Origin: Hyalangium minutum
GTDB taxonomy: Bacteria > Myxococcota > Myxococcia > Myxococcales > Myxococcaceae
DNA: 62,000 nt
NCBI RefSeq assembly: GCF_000737315.1
Contig: NZ_JMCB01000005.1
Location: 206,001 to 268,000, forward strand
Reading direction: 5' to 3'
Positions 9,429 through 18,375 of this stretch are shown here, piece by piece (position 1 is the stretch's first letter; each line of letters begins with the position of its first letter). Below the pieces are notes generated by a model. That model was not told the origin of the DNA, made no database searches, and was given only the letters and a program-made list of their open reading frames with translations. Made by a program: the position numbers and the translations under genes.

Positions 9429-11255
9429 ATGAGAAAGCCGTTGCTGGTATGGGGGGCATTGCTCCTGGGGGCATGTGGGGGCGCCACGGGGAAGCCATCG
9501 TCTGCCCCGCAGACCGTTCTGCAAGAGAAGCCCGCAGGCACTCCCGGTGTGGGCCCGACGCAGCCGCCCGAGGCGGGAGGTCCCGACACAGGGACACCTC
9601 CGCTGGATCCCGGGCCTCCGGATGCAGGCCCTCTGGAGCCGCTGCCCGCGCCGGACGGGGGCACACTGGCGTCGCCTGCCTGGCCAGCGCTGCAGACTTC
9701 GATTCCGACCTTGGCGCTCACCGTCACGCCCGAGCACCTGCAGGCGCTCGAAGCGAACGTGGAGGCTCGGGACTACGGGGTGCCCGCCCAGTTCACCTAC
9801 CAGGGCCGTACGTGGGCGGTGGAGCTGCGCTACCGGGGCCGCTCGACGCGCGCCGAGCCGAAGAAGCCGTACTCGGTGCGCTTCCCCAAGGACGATCGCT
9901 TCCTCAACGGCGTGAAGCGGCTGGAACTGCTCGCGGCATATAAGGATGCGGGCTACTTGACGGAGAAGCTCTGGTACGACGTGGCGGCCAGCGTGGGGTT
10001 GAAGGTGCCGCGCACCCACTACGTGCACCTCTCGCTCAATGGCCAGTACCAGGGCATCTACACGGAGATTGAAGACCTGGAGAAGGCCTTCCTCCGCGCG
10101 CATGACCTGGATGACGACAGCGACATCTACCGCTGCGGCATGCAGGACTGCGAGCTGCGCCCGCCGCCTCGCGAGGCGTATATGGAGGACTGGGACAAGC
10201 GCACCAACGAGGATCAGCCGTGGGATGGGTTGTGGAACTTCATCGACGGCATCAACCGCACGCCTCCCCACGCGTTCCGCGCCTTCGCCGAGAAGGAGGT
10301 GGCGCTGGACGACTACCTCACGTGGATGGTGCTCGACACCTTCATCTCCAATGATTACCAGGTCGACTCGCGCAGCTTCCTCGTCTACGAGCGCGAGCAG
10401 CGGCAGTGGATCTACGTCCCGTGGGACTTGAACAACGCCCTGTCGCTCTACAGCCGCAAGCACGACGTGCGGCAGGGCGTCTCGGATCGCGTCTCTCGGC
10501 CGCTGTTCGGGTTCACCGCGTATGACCCGTACGTGTACGACCTGGCGGAGTGGCGCCGGAGCTGGGGCGAGTTGGACATGAAGCCGGCGTGGAGCACGCT
10601 CACCACGCGCATCCTGGATGATGAGGTGCTGCGTGCCCGCTACGTCGCTCGCCTGAGGATGCTGCTGGACACCTGGCTCACCGAGGAGAACCTGTCCCGG
10701 CGCATCCACGCGATGCACCAGCTGCTGAGGCCCTTCATTCTCCCCAGCGCGCAGGGGCAGACGCTGGACCCCTTCGTGAGCCCGGAGCACGCGGCCCGGA
10801 GCCCCGAGTTCCTCCGCAACTTCGTGCGCGAGCGCCGCAAGTGGCTGCTGGCCCACATCGCCGACATCGAATCCCTGGGCAGCGGGCCGCTCGTCATCGA
10901 CCGCGTGGGACGGGAGGCCTCGGGCGCGTGGTGGGTGCAGCTCTACAACCGCGGGAACACGCCCGTGTCACTCGACGGTCTGTACCTGTCCGGCTTCACC
11001 CGCGTGCCCACGCAGTCGCTCTTGCCTGCCACCACCGTGGCGCCGCAGGGCTTCGTGACGCTGCGGCAGGGGAGCGCGGACGCCGCGGGGCGGCTCAGTG
11101 CGGAGATCAACGCGCAGCGGCCCGAGCTGTCCCTGTTCGCAGCGGATGGGCGCACGCCCGTGGATCTGCTCTGGCTGGCGCCGCTCGCTCCGGGCGAGGC
11201 CTACGGACGGCAGCCTCGCGGCGCGGAGACGTTCGGTCCTCAAGCGGGACCATGA
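9429..11255 (+). CDS. CotH kinase family lipoprotein with C-terminal lamin-tail-like domain
   Basis: Start MRKPLL, lipobox LGAC; RYRGRSTR..PKKPYSVRF, YLTEKLWY, WIYVPWDLNNA; WWVQLYNRG...SLDGLYLS. Confidence 0.88.
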   Translation: MRKPLLVWGALLLGACGGATGKPSSAPQTVLQEKPAGTPGVGPTQPPEAGGPDTGTPPLDPGPPDAGPLEPLPAPDGGTLASPAWPALQTSIPTLALTVTPEHLQALEANVEARDYGVPAQFTYQGRTWAVELRYRGRSTRAEPKKPYSVRFPKDDRFLNGVKRLELLAAYKDAGYLTEKLWYDVAASVGLKVPRTHYVHLSLNGQYQGIYTEIEDLEKAFLRAHDLDDDSDIYRCGMQDCELRPPPREAYMEDWDKRTNEDQPWDGLWNFIDGINRTPPHAFRAFAEKEVALDDYLTWMVLDTFISNDYQVDSRSFLVYEREQRQWIYVPWDLNNALSLYSRKHDVRQGVSDRVSRPLFGFTAYDPYVYDLAEWRRSWGELDMKPAWSTLTTRILDDEVLRARYVARLRMLLDTWLTEENLSRRIHAMHQLLRPFILPSAQGQTLDPFVSPEHAARSPEFLRNFVRERRKWLLAHIADIESLGSGPLVIDRVGREASGAWWVQLYNRGNTPVSLDGLYLSGFTRVPTQSLLPATTVAPQGFVTLRQGSADAAGRLSAEINAQRPELSLFAADGRTPVDLLWLAPLAPGEAYGRQPRGAETFGPQAGP

Positions 11256-11283
11256 GTTGAAACCCTCGCCAGCCCTGGAGGAG

Positions 11284-11323
11284 GCAGTGGCCCGCCGTCT
11301 CGCCCCGGCGGGCCACTGCTTTT
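11284..11323 (+). terminator. intrinsic terminator, probably serving both convergent genes
   Basis: 14-bp perfect stem gcagtggcccgccg / cggcgggccactgc, 8-nt loop, then TTTT. Confidence 0.75.
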
Positions 11324-11333
11324 GGAGGCGGGC

Positions 11334-13625
11334 TCAGGGCTCCGCGTGGCAGTGGTGCTCGCGGAAACCTTCCGCGGCGCTCAGGTCCTTGAGCTTGCAC
11401 GGCAGCTTCACGCGCACGGGCCGCAGGTGCACGGACAACTCGCCATTGCCGATGTTGCCGAGGCTGTTGCTTCCCCAGGCCATCAGCCTGCCATTCTCGC
11501 GCAGTGCGTACACGGTGAAGGAATCGGCGGCCAGCGCCACCCCGCCGCTCAGCCCCGGCACTTGTGCCAGCTCATACGAGGTGGCCTCCTCGGTGGGGAA
11601 GCCTCGCTCGCTGTAGAGGTTGCTGCCGAAGTTCCAGACCGTGCCGTCGGCGCGGAGGATCTGGATCGAAGAGGCGCTGGCCACCAGGTCCACCGCGCCC
11701 GTGATGGCCTCGAAGGCTTCATCAGGGTACACCGCGAAAAACGGGCTGACGTTCCACTGGCGCGCGGTGCCGTCCGCGCGCAGTGCGATGAGGCCCGTGT
11801 ACATCACGACCACCTTCACCGCGTTGGACAGCCCCGGCGCCGGCTCGGGTGGGCGCGGCATCATGTCGCCGGAGTACCAGGCGAGCATGGTACTGCCCCA
11901 CTGCCACACGGTGCCGTCGCTCGTGATGGCCGCCGAGAAGTCCAGTCCGGCGGCGATGGAGGAGACGCCCTGGAGCCCTTGCACCTGCACGGGCACGGGC
12001 GAGTCGTACAGCTCCAGCGCCACGTTTCCGAGCTGGCCGAAGTAGTTGGCGCCCCAGGCCCAGACGGTGCCGTCACGCTTGAGCGCCAGCGAGTGGAAGT
12101 CCCCCGCGGCCACCGCGACCACGTCGCTCAGGCCCTGCACCTGCACGGGCGTGTCCTGGCCGGCGTCAAACGTCCCCTGGCCCAACTGCCCCCGGAAGTT
12201 ATCGCCCCAGGCCCAGACGGTGCCGTCCTGGAGCGCCACCACCGAGTGGAACGCGCCCGCCGCGATGGCCACGGCGTGCGAGAGCCCCTGCACCCGCTCG
12301 GGGGTTGCGCGGGTGATGAGGGTCCCGTCCGTGATCTCCTGGCCCCACCGCCACACCGAGCCGTCCTGGCGGATCGCCACCGCATGGGCGGAGTTGCTGG
12401 CCATGGCGCGCACGTCCCTCAGGTCCACCCGGGTGGGTGTTGCTTGGCGGTCCGAGCCCGTGCCCATGGCGCCCAGTTGGTTGTGGCCCCAGGTGTACAC
12501 CGAGCCATCCCTGCGCAGCGCCAGGCTGTGGACGGAATCCGCGGCGGCCGCGATCACCCCCTCCAGGCCCGGCACCGGCTCGGGCAGGCCTGTGGGGCTC
12601 TCGGTGCCCCGGCCGAGCTGTCCCGAGTGGTTGGTGCCCCAGGCCCAGAGGCTGCCATCCCGGCGCAGCGCCAGGGCGTGGCTATGCCCTGCCGCCACGG
12701 ACACTACCTGCGTCAGCCCCGGCACCGGCGCGGGCGTGGCCCGGTAGGTGCTCTGGGTCCCATCCCCGAGCTGGCCGGAGAAGTTGGCGCCCCAGGCCCA
12801 GACGGAGCCGTCGGTGCGCACCGCGTACGAGGTGGCGAATCGCGTGTCGATGGCCACCACGTCCGTCAGCCCCGGCACCTGGACGGGCGACAGCCGCTGC
12901 GTCCGCGTCCCATCCCCGAGCTGGCCGTAGCTGTTGGTGCCCCAGGCCCAGACGGTGCCGTCAGCGCGCAGCGCCAGCGAGTGGCTGCTTCCCGCCGCCA
13001 CCGCCACGATCTGGCTGAGCCCTGGGATGGGCGTGGCCAGGAGGCGCCGCGTGGTGGTCCCATCTCCGAGCTGGCCATAGCTGTTGGAGCCCCAGGCCCA
13101 GACGGAGCCATCGCGGCGGGCCGCCAGGGAGTGGGTGTCCCCCGCGACGATCGCCACCACCTCCGTGAGACCCTTCACCTTGACGCGCTCAAACCCGGTG
13201 AGCGTCGTGCCATCCCCGAGCTGGCCCACGTTATTGATCCCCCAGGCCATCACGGTGCCGTCCTCGAGGAGGATCAGCGAGTGCCCGCCCCCAGACGCCG
13301 AGGAGGCCGAGACGGCCTCTGTCATTCTCGGCATCCGGACAGGGAGGCCGGTTCCCAGTTGGATCTCCGGCCACGTGCCGAGATCCCGCCCGAGGCCGTT
13401 ACCCCAGACCCAGACATCCCCGCTCGGGCTCACGGCCACGGAACGATAGCTGTTTGTCGCAAGGAGCCGCCGCGCGGCCCGGTGCTGCCGCTCCGCCAGC
13501 GTGCCCTGCTCCAGCGGCTCTGGCTCCAGTGGCGCCTCGGCTCGGGCGCTCCAGCCCAGCACGAGGCTGAGCCCCAGCATCAACTGCCACAGCAACTCCC
13601 GTTTGAATCTCAGGGTGTGTCTCAT
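11334..13625 (-). CDS. secreted RCC1/BLIP-II-like repeat beta-propeller protein (copy 1)
   Basis: Start MRHTLRF, signal peptide ending WSARAEA; many AGxxHSLAL-x3-G-VWAWG-N-xGQLG repeats, about two propellers' worth. Confidence 0.9.
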   Translation of the reverse strand: MRHTLRFKRELLWQLMLGLSLVLGWSARAEAPLEPEPLEQGTLAERQHRAARRLLATNSYRSVAVSPSGDVWVWGNGLGRDLGTWPEIQLGTGLPVRMPRMTEAVSASSASGGGHSLILLEDGTVMAWGINNVGQLGDGTTLTGFERVKVKGLTEVVAIVAGDTHSLAARRDGSVWAWGSNSYGQLGDGTTTRRLLATPIPGLSQIVAVAAGSSHSLALRADGTVWAWGTNSYGQLGDGTRTQRLSPVQVPGLTDVVAIDTRFATSYAVRTDGSVWAWGANFSGQLGDGTQSTYRATPAPVPGLTQVVSVAAGHSHALALRRDGSLWAWGTNHSGQLGRGTESPTGLPEPVPGLEGVIAAAADSVHSLALRRDGSVYTWGHNQLGAMGTGSDRQATPTRVDLRDVRAMASNSAHAVAIRQDGSVWRWGQEITDGTLITRATPERVQGLSHAVAIAAGAFHSVVALQDGTVWAWGDNFRGQLGQGTFDAGQDTPVQVQGLSDVVAVAAGDFHSLALKRDGTVWAWGANYFGQLGNVALELYDSPVPVQVQGLQGVSSIAAGLDFSAAITSDGTVWQWGSTMLAWYSGDMMPRPPEPAPGLSNAVKVVVMYTGLIALRADGTARQWNVSPFFAVYPDEAFEAITGAVDLVASASSIQILRADGTVWNFGSNLYSERGFPTEEATSYELAQVPGLSGGVALAADSFTVYALRENGRLMAWGSNSLGNIGNGELSVHLRPVRVKLPCKLKDLSAAEGFREHHCHAEP

Positions 13626-13650
13626 GTGTGAACGGCCTCCGGGTGAAGGG

Positions 13651-13667
13651 GGACTTGCGGCAACACG
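13651..13667 (-). promoter_or_regulatory. 17-bp leader motif shared by both RCC1 genes (copy 1)
   Basis: ggacttgcggcaacacg, 26 nt from the start codon; contains palindrome TTGC-G-GCAA. Confidence 0.55.
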
Positions 13668-13727
13668 CCTCCCGCGCGAGGCGGACGCCTCGGGAGGAAG
13701 GGGTGGAACGGGGTGGGAAGGGGACAG

Positions 13728-13769
13728 GAGGAAGTGGCCCGCCGTCTCGCCACGGCGGGCCACTTCCTC
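13728..13769 (-). terminator. hairpin homologous to 11284-11319
   Basis: 18-bp perfect stem gaggaagtggcccgccgt / acggcgggccacttcctc. Core agtggcccgccgtctcgcc-(c/ca)-cggcgggccact shared with the first hairpin. Confidence 0.7.
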
Positions 13770-13828
13770 GGGTGCTGGCTCGGGCCTCAGCGCGGTGGAG
13801 CGCGAACACCCTCGCCAGTGCTCAGGCC

Positions 13829-16063
13829 CTAGTACCTGCGCGGCAGTAGGACGCGCTCGGGCCGGAGGTGCATGGGCGACGTGCCGTCACCCAGGGTGCC
13901 GTAACGGTTGCTCCCCCAGGCCATCAGCGTGCCGTTCGCGCGCAGCGCGTACACGGTGGCCGACTCAGAGGACAGCGACACCACGTTCCTCAGCCCCGGC
14001 ACCTGTTTCACCTCGAGGGAGTAGAGGTCCGTGGAGGGGAACCCGCGCTCACCGTAGGTATTCCCGCCGATGTTCCACACGGAGCCATCCGCGCGGAGGA
14101 TCTGCGTCGTGTTGGAGCTGGCCACCACATCCACCGCGTCCGTGAGGCCTTCGAGGGCCATCGGGGGGAACACCCAGTCCGGAGGGCCCAGGTACCACTG
14201 CCACACGGTGCCGTCCGTGCTCAGCGCGGTGATGCCGGAGAAGAACACGCTCACCTTGATCACATCGGAGAACCCCTCCACCGGCGCGGCCGGGTGCGGC
14301 AGCATGTCGGTCCAGAACCAGGTGCCCATGTCACTGCCCCACTGCCACACGGTGCCGTCGTTCCTCACCGCCACCGAGAGGTCCATGTGGGCGTGGATGG
14401 ACGCCACGCCGTCCAGCCGCTGCACCTTCGCGGGCTGCGGCTGGTCGTCCAGCGTCAGGTCTCCGAGCTGGCTGTAGTGGTTGGCGCCCCAGGCCCACAC
14501 GGTGCCGTCGCGCTTGAGCGCCAACGAGTGGAACTCGCCCGCGGCCACGGCCACCACGTTCTCCAGGCCCGGCACCCGCGCGGGGGTGTCCCGGCGTCCG
14601 CCCAGCGTGCCGTCCCCGAGCTGGCCGCGGGAGTTGTCACCCCAGGCCCACACGCGGCCGTCCTGGCCCAGCACCAGCGAGTGCCAGGTGCCCGCCGCGA
14701 TGCCCACGGCCCGCGACAGCTCGCGCACCCGGGCGGGCTTGGGCTGAATGCTGCCGCCCCAGCCCTGCTCGCTGCCCCACGTCCACACCGAGCCATCTGC
14801 CCGGAGCGCCAGCGTGTGGAAGAAGGAGGAGGAGAGGGTGCGCACGTCCTTCAGCTCCACCGGCGCGGGCGAGGGCCGGGCGTGGGTGCCCGTGCCCATG
14901 GCGCCCTCGGTGTTGTGCCCCCAGGCGAACACGGAGCCATCCTTGCGCAGCGCCAGCGAGTGGTAGGTGGCTGCGGCCAGCGCCACCGCGTTCAGCCCGC
15001 GCACCGGCTGGGGCAGGCCCGTGCCGCCCTGCTCCCCGTTGCCCAGCTGGCCGAAGGAGTTGTCACCCCAGGCCCACACGCTGCCATCCCGACGCAGCGC
15101 CAGCGCATGCTGGTAGCCCGCCGCCACGGATACCACCTGCGTTAGCCCCGGCACCGGCCCGGGCGTGGCCCGGAAGGAGTCCTCCGAGCCGCCCCCGAGC
15201 TCTCCGGACTGGTTGTTGCCCCAGGCCCACACGGAGCCGTCCGCGCGCACGGCGTACGAGGTGGCGTGGTGCGTCGCGATGGCTACCACGTTCGTCAGCC
15301 CCACCACCGGCACGGGCCGGAGCTGCTGCTGCTGCGTCCCATCCCCCAGCTGGCCAAAGAAGTTATGGCCCCAGGCCCACACGGTGCCGTCGGCGCGCAG
15401 CGCCAGCGAGTGCAGGTTGCCGGCCGCCACGGCCACGAACTGGGTCAGCCCGTCTACCTGCCAGGGCTTGGGGCGCCGGCTGTCATAGCCCCGGCTCCCA
15501 TCCCCAATCTGGCCGTAGTAGTTGCCACCCCACGTCCAGACGGAGCCGTCCCGCAACACGGCCATGGAGTGCATGTTGCCCGCGGAGACACTCACCGCGT
15601 TCGCCAGCCCCGTCACCGCGACGCGCCCGTCCCGGTTGCTCGTCGTGCCGTCTCCAAGCTCGCCATAGGAGTTGCTCCCCCAGGACACCACTCCGCCGTT
15701 CTGCAGCAGGGCCAGCGAGTGGCCGCCCGAGGAGTCCGCGGCGACGGAGACGGCCCCCGTCAGGCCGGGGATCCGCGCCGGCAGTCCGTTGCCGAGCTGT
15801 TGCTCCGGCCACGTGCCCAGCCGCTGCGCCGGGCCCGTGCCCCAGGCCCAGACTTCACCGTCCTCGCTCACCACCAGGCCGTGCTGAGTGGACGCGGCGA
15901 GCCGCTGCCGCGCGGCCCGTTGCTGCCGCTCCAGCCGTGTGCCCTGCGCCAGCTGCTCCGGCTCCAGCAGCGCCTCGGCCCGGGCGCTCCAGCCCAGGAG
16001 GAGGCTGAGCCCCATCATCAGCTTCCACAACGTCTCCAGCGCGAACCACGTCGAGCGTGTCAT
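13829..16063 (-). CDS. secreted RCC1/BLIP-II-like repeat beta-propeller protein (copy 2)
   Basis: Start MTRSTWF, signal peptide ending WSARAEA; colinear paralog of 11334-13625. Confidence 0.9.
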   Translation of the reverse strand: MTRSTWFALETLWKLMMGLSLLLGWSARAEALLEPEQLAQGTRLERQQRAARQRLAASTQHGLVVSEDGEVWAWGTGPAQRLGTWPEQQLGNGLPARIPGLTGAVSVAADSSGGHSLALLQNGGVVSWGSNSYGELGDGTTSNRDGRVAVTGLANAVSVSAGNMHSMAVLRDGSVWTWGGNYYGQIGDGSRGYDSRRPKPWQVDGLTQFVAVAAGNLHSLALRADGTVWAWGHNFFGQLGDGTQQQQLRPVPVVGLTNVVAIATHHATSYAVRADGSVWAWGNNQSGELGGGSEDSFRATPGPVPGLTQVVSVAAGYQHALALRRDGSVWAWGDNSFGQLGNGEQGGTGLPQPVRGLNAVALAAATYHSLALRKDGSVFAWGHNTEGAMGTGTHARPSPAPVELKDVRTLSSSFFHTLALRADGSVWTWGSEQGWGGSIQPKPARVRELSRAVGIAAGTWHSLVLGQDGRVWAWGDNSRGQLGDGTLGGRRDTPARVPGLENVVAVAAGEFHSLALKRDGTVWAWGANHYSQLGDLTLDDQPQPAKVQRLDGVASIHAHMDLSVAVRNDGTVWQWGSDMGTWFWTDMLPHPAAPVEGFSDVIKVSVFFSGITALSTDGTVWQWYLGPPDWVFPPMALEGLTDAVDVVASSNTTQILRADGSVWNIGGNTYGERGFPSTDLYSLEVKQVPGLRNVVSLSSESATVYALRANGTLMAWGSNRYGTLGDGTSPMHLRPERVLLPRRY

Positions 16064-16089
16064 GCCCGAAGCCCTTTCTTGCGAGTGGC

Positions 16090-16106
16090 GGACTTGCGGC
16101 AACACG
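16090..16106 (-). promoter_or_regulatory. 17-bp leader motif shared by both RCC1 genes (copy 2)
   Basis: Identical ggacttgcggcaacacg, 27 nt from the start codon. Confidence 0.55.
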
Positions 16107-16178
16107 AAGCCCCTGCGAGACGAGCGCCTCGCTGAGAAACCTTCCGTGACTGCCATGTGCCGTGTGGGCAGCGCACAA

Positions 16179-16194
16179 AGCAGCCGACGTGCCA
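16179..16194 (-). promoter_or_regulatory. candidate sigma-54 promoter for RCC1 genes
   Basis: Minus strand TGGCACGTCGGCTGCT: exact TGGCACG, GG-N10-GC spacing. Confidence 0.65.
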
Positions 16195-16256
16195 GCGGCC
16201 CGGTTCGCGCCGGATTCCCGGATTCCGGTGACTTGGCGGGGGAGCGCACTCCGGGA

Positions 16257-16283
16257 GTGACAAAACGCTGTGTCACCGGTGAC
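16257..16283. promoter_or_regulatory. overlapping palindromes, possible enhancer site
   Basis: gtgaca-N8-tgtcac (16257-16276) and gtcaccggtgac (16272-16283). Confidence 0.3.
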
Positions 16284-16390
16284 CAAACGCGGCCAGCGGT
16301 GGCGCTTACCCCTCTGCCTCCGCTTGTGTAGAGTCCGCCGCCTTTCGGTAGGGCACCTCTCCCACCTGGGGGGAGGGCAAGGACGCACCT

Positions 16391-17761
16391 GTGAATACCC
16401 ACATCTTCCGCGAGTACGACATTCGGGGCCTGGTCGATAAGGATCTCACCGTCGAGGTGGTGGAGCTGCTCGGCAAGGGCCTGGGCACCATCATCCGCCG
16501 CCAGCACGGGCGCTCCATTGTCGTCGGCCGCGACTGCCGCGAGTCGTCCACCCGCTTCCGCGATGCGCTCGCTCAGGGCCTCACCTCCACCGGCCTCAAC
16601 GTGCTGGATGTGGGCGTGGTGCCTACTCCGCTGACGTACTTCGCGGCGAACACGCTGCCGGTGGACGGGCTGGCGATGATTACGGGCAGCCACAACCCGC
16701 CGGAGTACAACGGGTTCAAGATTGGGGCGGGGAAGACGACCTTCCACAGCCACGAGATTCAGGCGCTGCGGAAGCTCATCGAGGCGCGCGACTTCGAGAA
16801 GAGCGACAAGCCGGGCACCGTCACCCCGTTCGACATCATCACCCCGTACAACCACTTCGTGTTGCAGACGGTCAAAGTGGGGCGCACGGGGATGCGCATC
16901 GTCATTGATGCGGGCAACGGCACGGGCGGCGCGGTGGCGGTGCCGCTGTTCCGGGCCATGGGCTTCGACGTGGTGCCGCTGTTCTGCGAGATGGACGCCA
17001 CGTTCCCCAACCACCACCCGGACCCCACGGTGGTGGAGAACCTCGAGGACCTCATCGAGGCGGTGAAGCGCGAGAAGGCCGAGGTGGGCATCGCCTACGA
17101 CGGCGACAGCGACCGCATCGGCGTCATCGACGACCAGGGGAACATCCTCTGGGGCGACCAGCTGATGGTCCTCTTCAGCCGGTACGTGCTGAAGGAGAGC
17201 CCGGGGGCGGCCATCGTCGGCGAGGTGAAGTGCAGCTACACCTTATATGACGACATCGCCAAGCACGGCGGCAAGCCGGTGATGTGGAAGGCGGGGCACT
17301 CGCTCATCAAGGCGAAGATGAAGGAGACGCACGCGGAGCTGGCCGGGGAGATGAGCGGCCACATCTTCTTCAAGAACCGCTACTTCGGCTTTGATGACGC
17401 GGTGTACTCGTCCGCGCGCCTGCTGGAGATCCTCACGCACGAGCCCAAGAAGCTCAGCGAGCTGCTGTCGGACGTGCCGAAGACGTACGCCTCGCCCGAG
17501 CTGCGCGTGGACACCAAGGAGGAGAAGAAGTTCGAGCTCGTGCGCCGCTGCACGGAGACGCTGCGGGCCGCGGGCCACCAGATCATCGACGTGGACGGCG
17601 TGCGCGTGACGTTCCCGGACGGGTGGGGCCTCATCCGCGCGTCCAACACCCAGCCCATCCTGGTGCTGCGCTTCGAGGCCAACACCCCCGAGCGCCTCAA
17701 GGAGATCCAGCACCTCATCGAGGGCACGGTCGAGCAGATGAAGCGTGAGGTGGGAGGCTAG
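16391..17761 (+). CDS. phosphomannomutase/phosphoglucomutase (AlgC-type)
   Basis: IFREYDIRG, TGSHNP (catalytic Ser), DGDSDR metal loop, GEMSGH. Confidence 0.97.
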   Translation: MNTHIFREYDIRGLVDKDLTVEVVELLGKGLGTIIRRQHGRSIVVGRDCRESSTRFRDALAQGLTSTGLNVLDVGVVPTPLTYFAANTLPVDGLAMITGSHNPPEYNGFKIGAGKTTFHSHEIQALRKLIEARDFEKSDKPGTVTPFDIITPYNHFVLQTVKVGRTGMRIVIDAGNGTGGAVAVPLFRAMGFDVVPLFCEMDATFPNHHPDPTVVENLEDLIEAVKREKAEVGIAYDGDSDRIGVIDDQGNILWGDQLMVLFSRYVLKESPGAAIVGEVKCSYTLYDDIAKHGGKPVMWKAGHSLIKAKMKETHAELAGEMSGHIFFKNRYFGFDDAVYSSARLLEILTHEPKKLSELLSDVPKTYASPELRVDTKEEKKFELVRRCTETLRAAGHQIIDVDGVRVTFPDGWGLIRASNTQPILVLRFEANTPERLKEIQHLIEGTVEQMKREVGG

Positions 17762-17763
17762 TC

Positions 17764-18315
17764 ATGAGCGCGCCCCGGATCATCGCCATCTCCGGTAGCC
17801 TCCGCACCGGCTCCTTCAACCGCAAGCTGCTGGCGCTGCTGGTGGAGCAGGCCCGCGCGAAGGGCGCCGAGGTGGATGTGGTGGACCTCAAGGTGCTGGT
17901 GCTGCCCATCTATGACGGAGACATCGAGGCCCAGGGCTTGCCGCCCCCTGCGGTGGAGCTGCGCGAGCGCATCTCCAAGGCCCAGGGGCTGCTCATCTCC
18001 AGCCCGGAGTACAACGCCTCCATCCCTGGGAGCCTGAAGAACGCCATCGACTGGGCGTCGCGTGGCGGGCCCAACGTGTTCAAGGGCAAGTGGGCGGCGC
18101 TTGCGGGGGCCTCGCCTGGCATGTTCGGGACGGTGCGGATGCAGGCCCACCTGCGCCAGTCGCTGACGCACTTGGGCATGAACCTGCTGCCGGACCAGTT
18201 CCTCGTCTCCCACGCCGACCAGGCCTTCACCGAGGAAGGCCGGCTCAAGGACGAGTCCCGGCTCAAGAGCCTCGAGGGGCTCGTCACCGGATTGATTGCC
18301 CGCATCCAGGGCTGA
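17764..18315 (+). CDS. NADPH-dependent FMN reductase
   Basis: GSLRTGSFN, SPEYNASIPGSLKNAIDW. Confidence 0.93.
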   Translation: MSAPRIIAISGSLRTGSFNRKLLALLVEQARAKGAEVDVVDLKVLVLPIYDGDIEAQGLPPPAVELRERISKAQGLLISSPEYNASIPGSLKNAIDWASRGGPNVFKGKWAALAGASPGMFGTVRMQAHLRQSLTHLGMNLLPDQFLVSHADQAFTEEGRLKDESRLKSLEGLVTGLIARIQG

Positions 18316-18375
18316 GGTGTAAGGGGCGCCCGCCGCCCATGTCTCCTATATATATAAGGAGCAGAGGAGAGCCTG

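Noticed and set aside
11322-13631. 769-aa plus-strand ORF and similar ORFs over the second RCC1 gene
   Set aside because: Antisense shadows; their periodicity just mirrors the RCC1 repeats.
11284-13769. Repeated palindrome as a CRISPR repeat
   Set aside because: Only two copies, 2.4 kb apart, each just after a paralogous gene; no spacers or cas genes.
16064-17017. N-terminal 318-aa extension of the 1062-aa ORF
   Set aside because: Lies antisense to PMM/PGM and across the promoter region; the paralog alignment puts the start at 16063.
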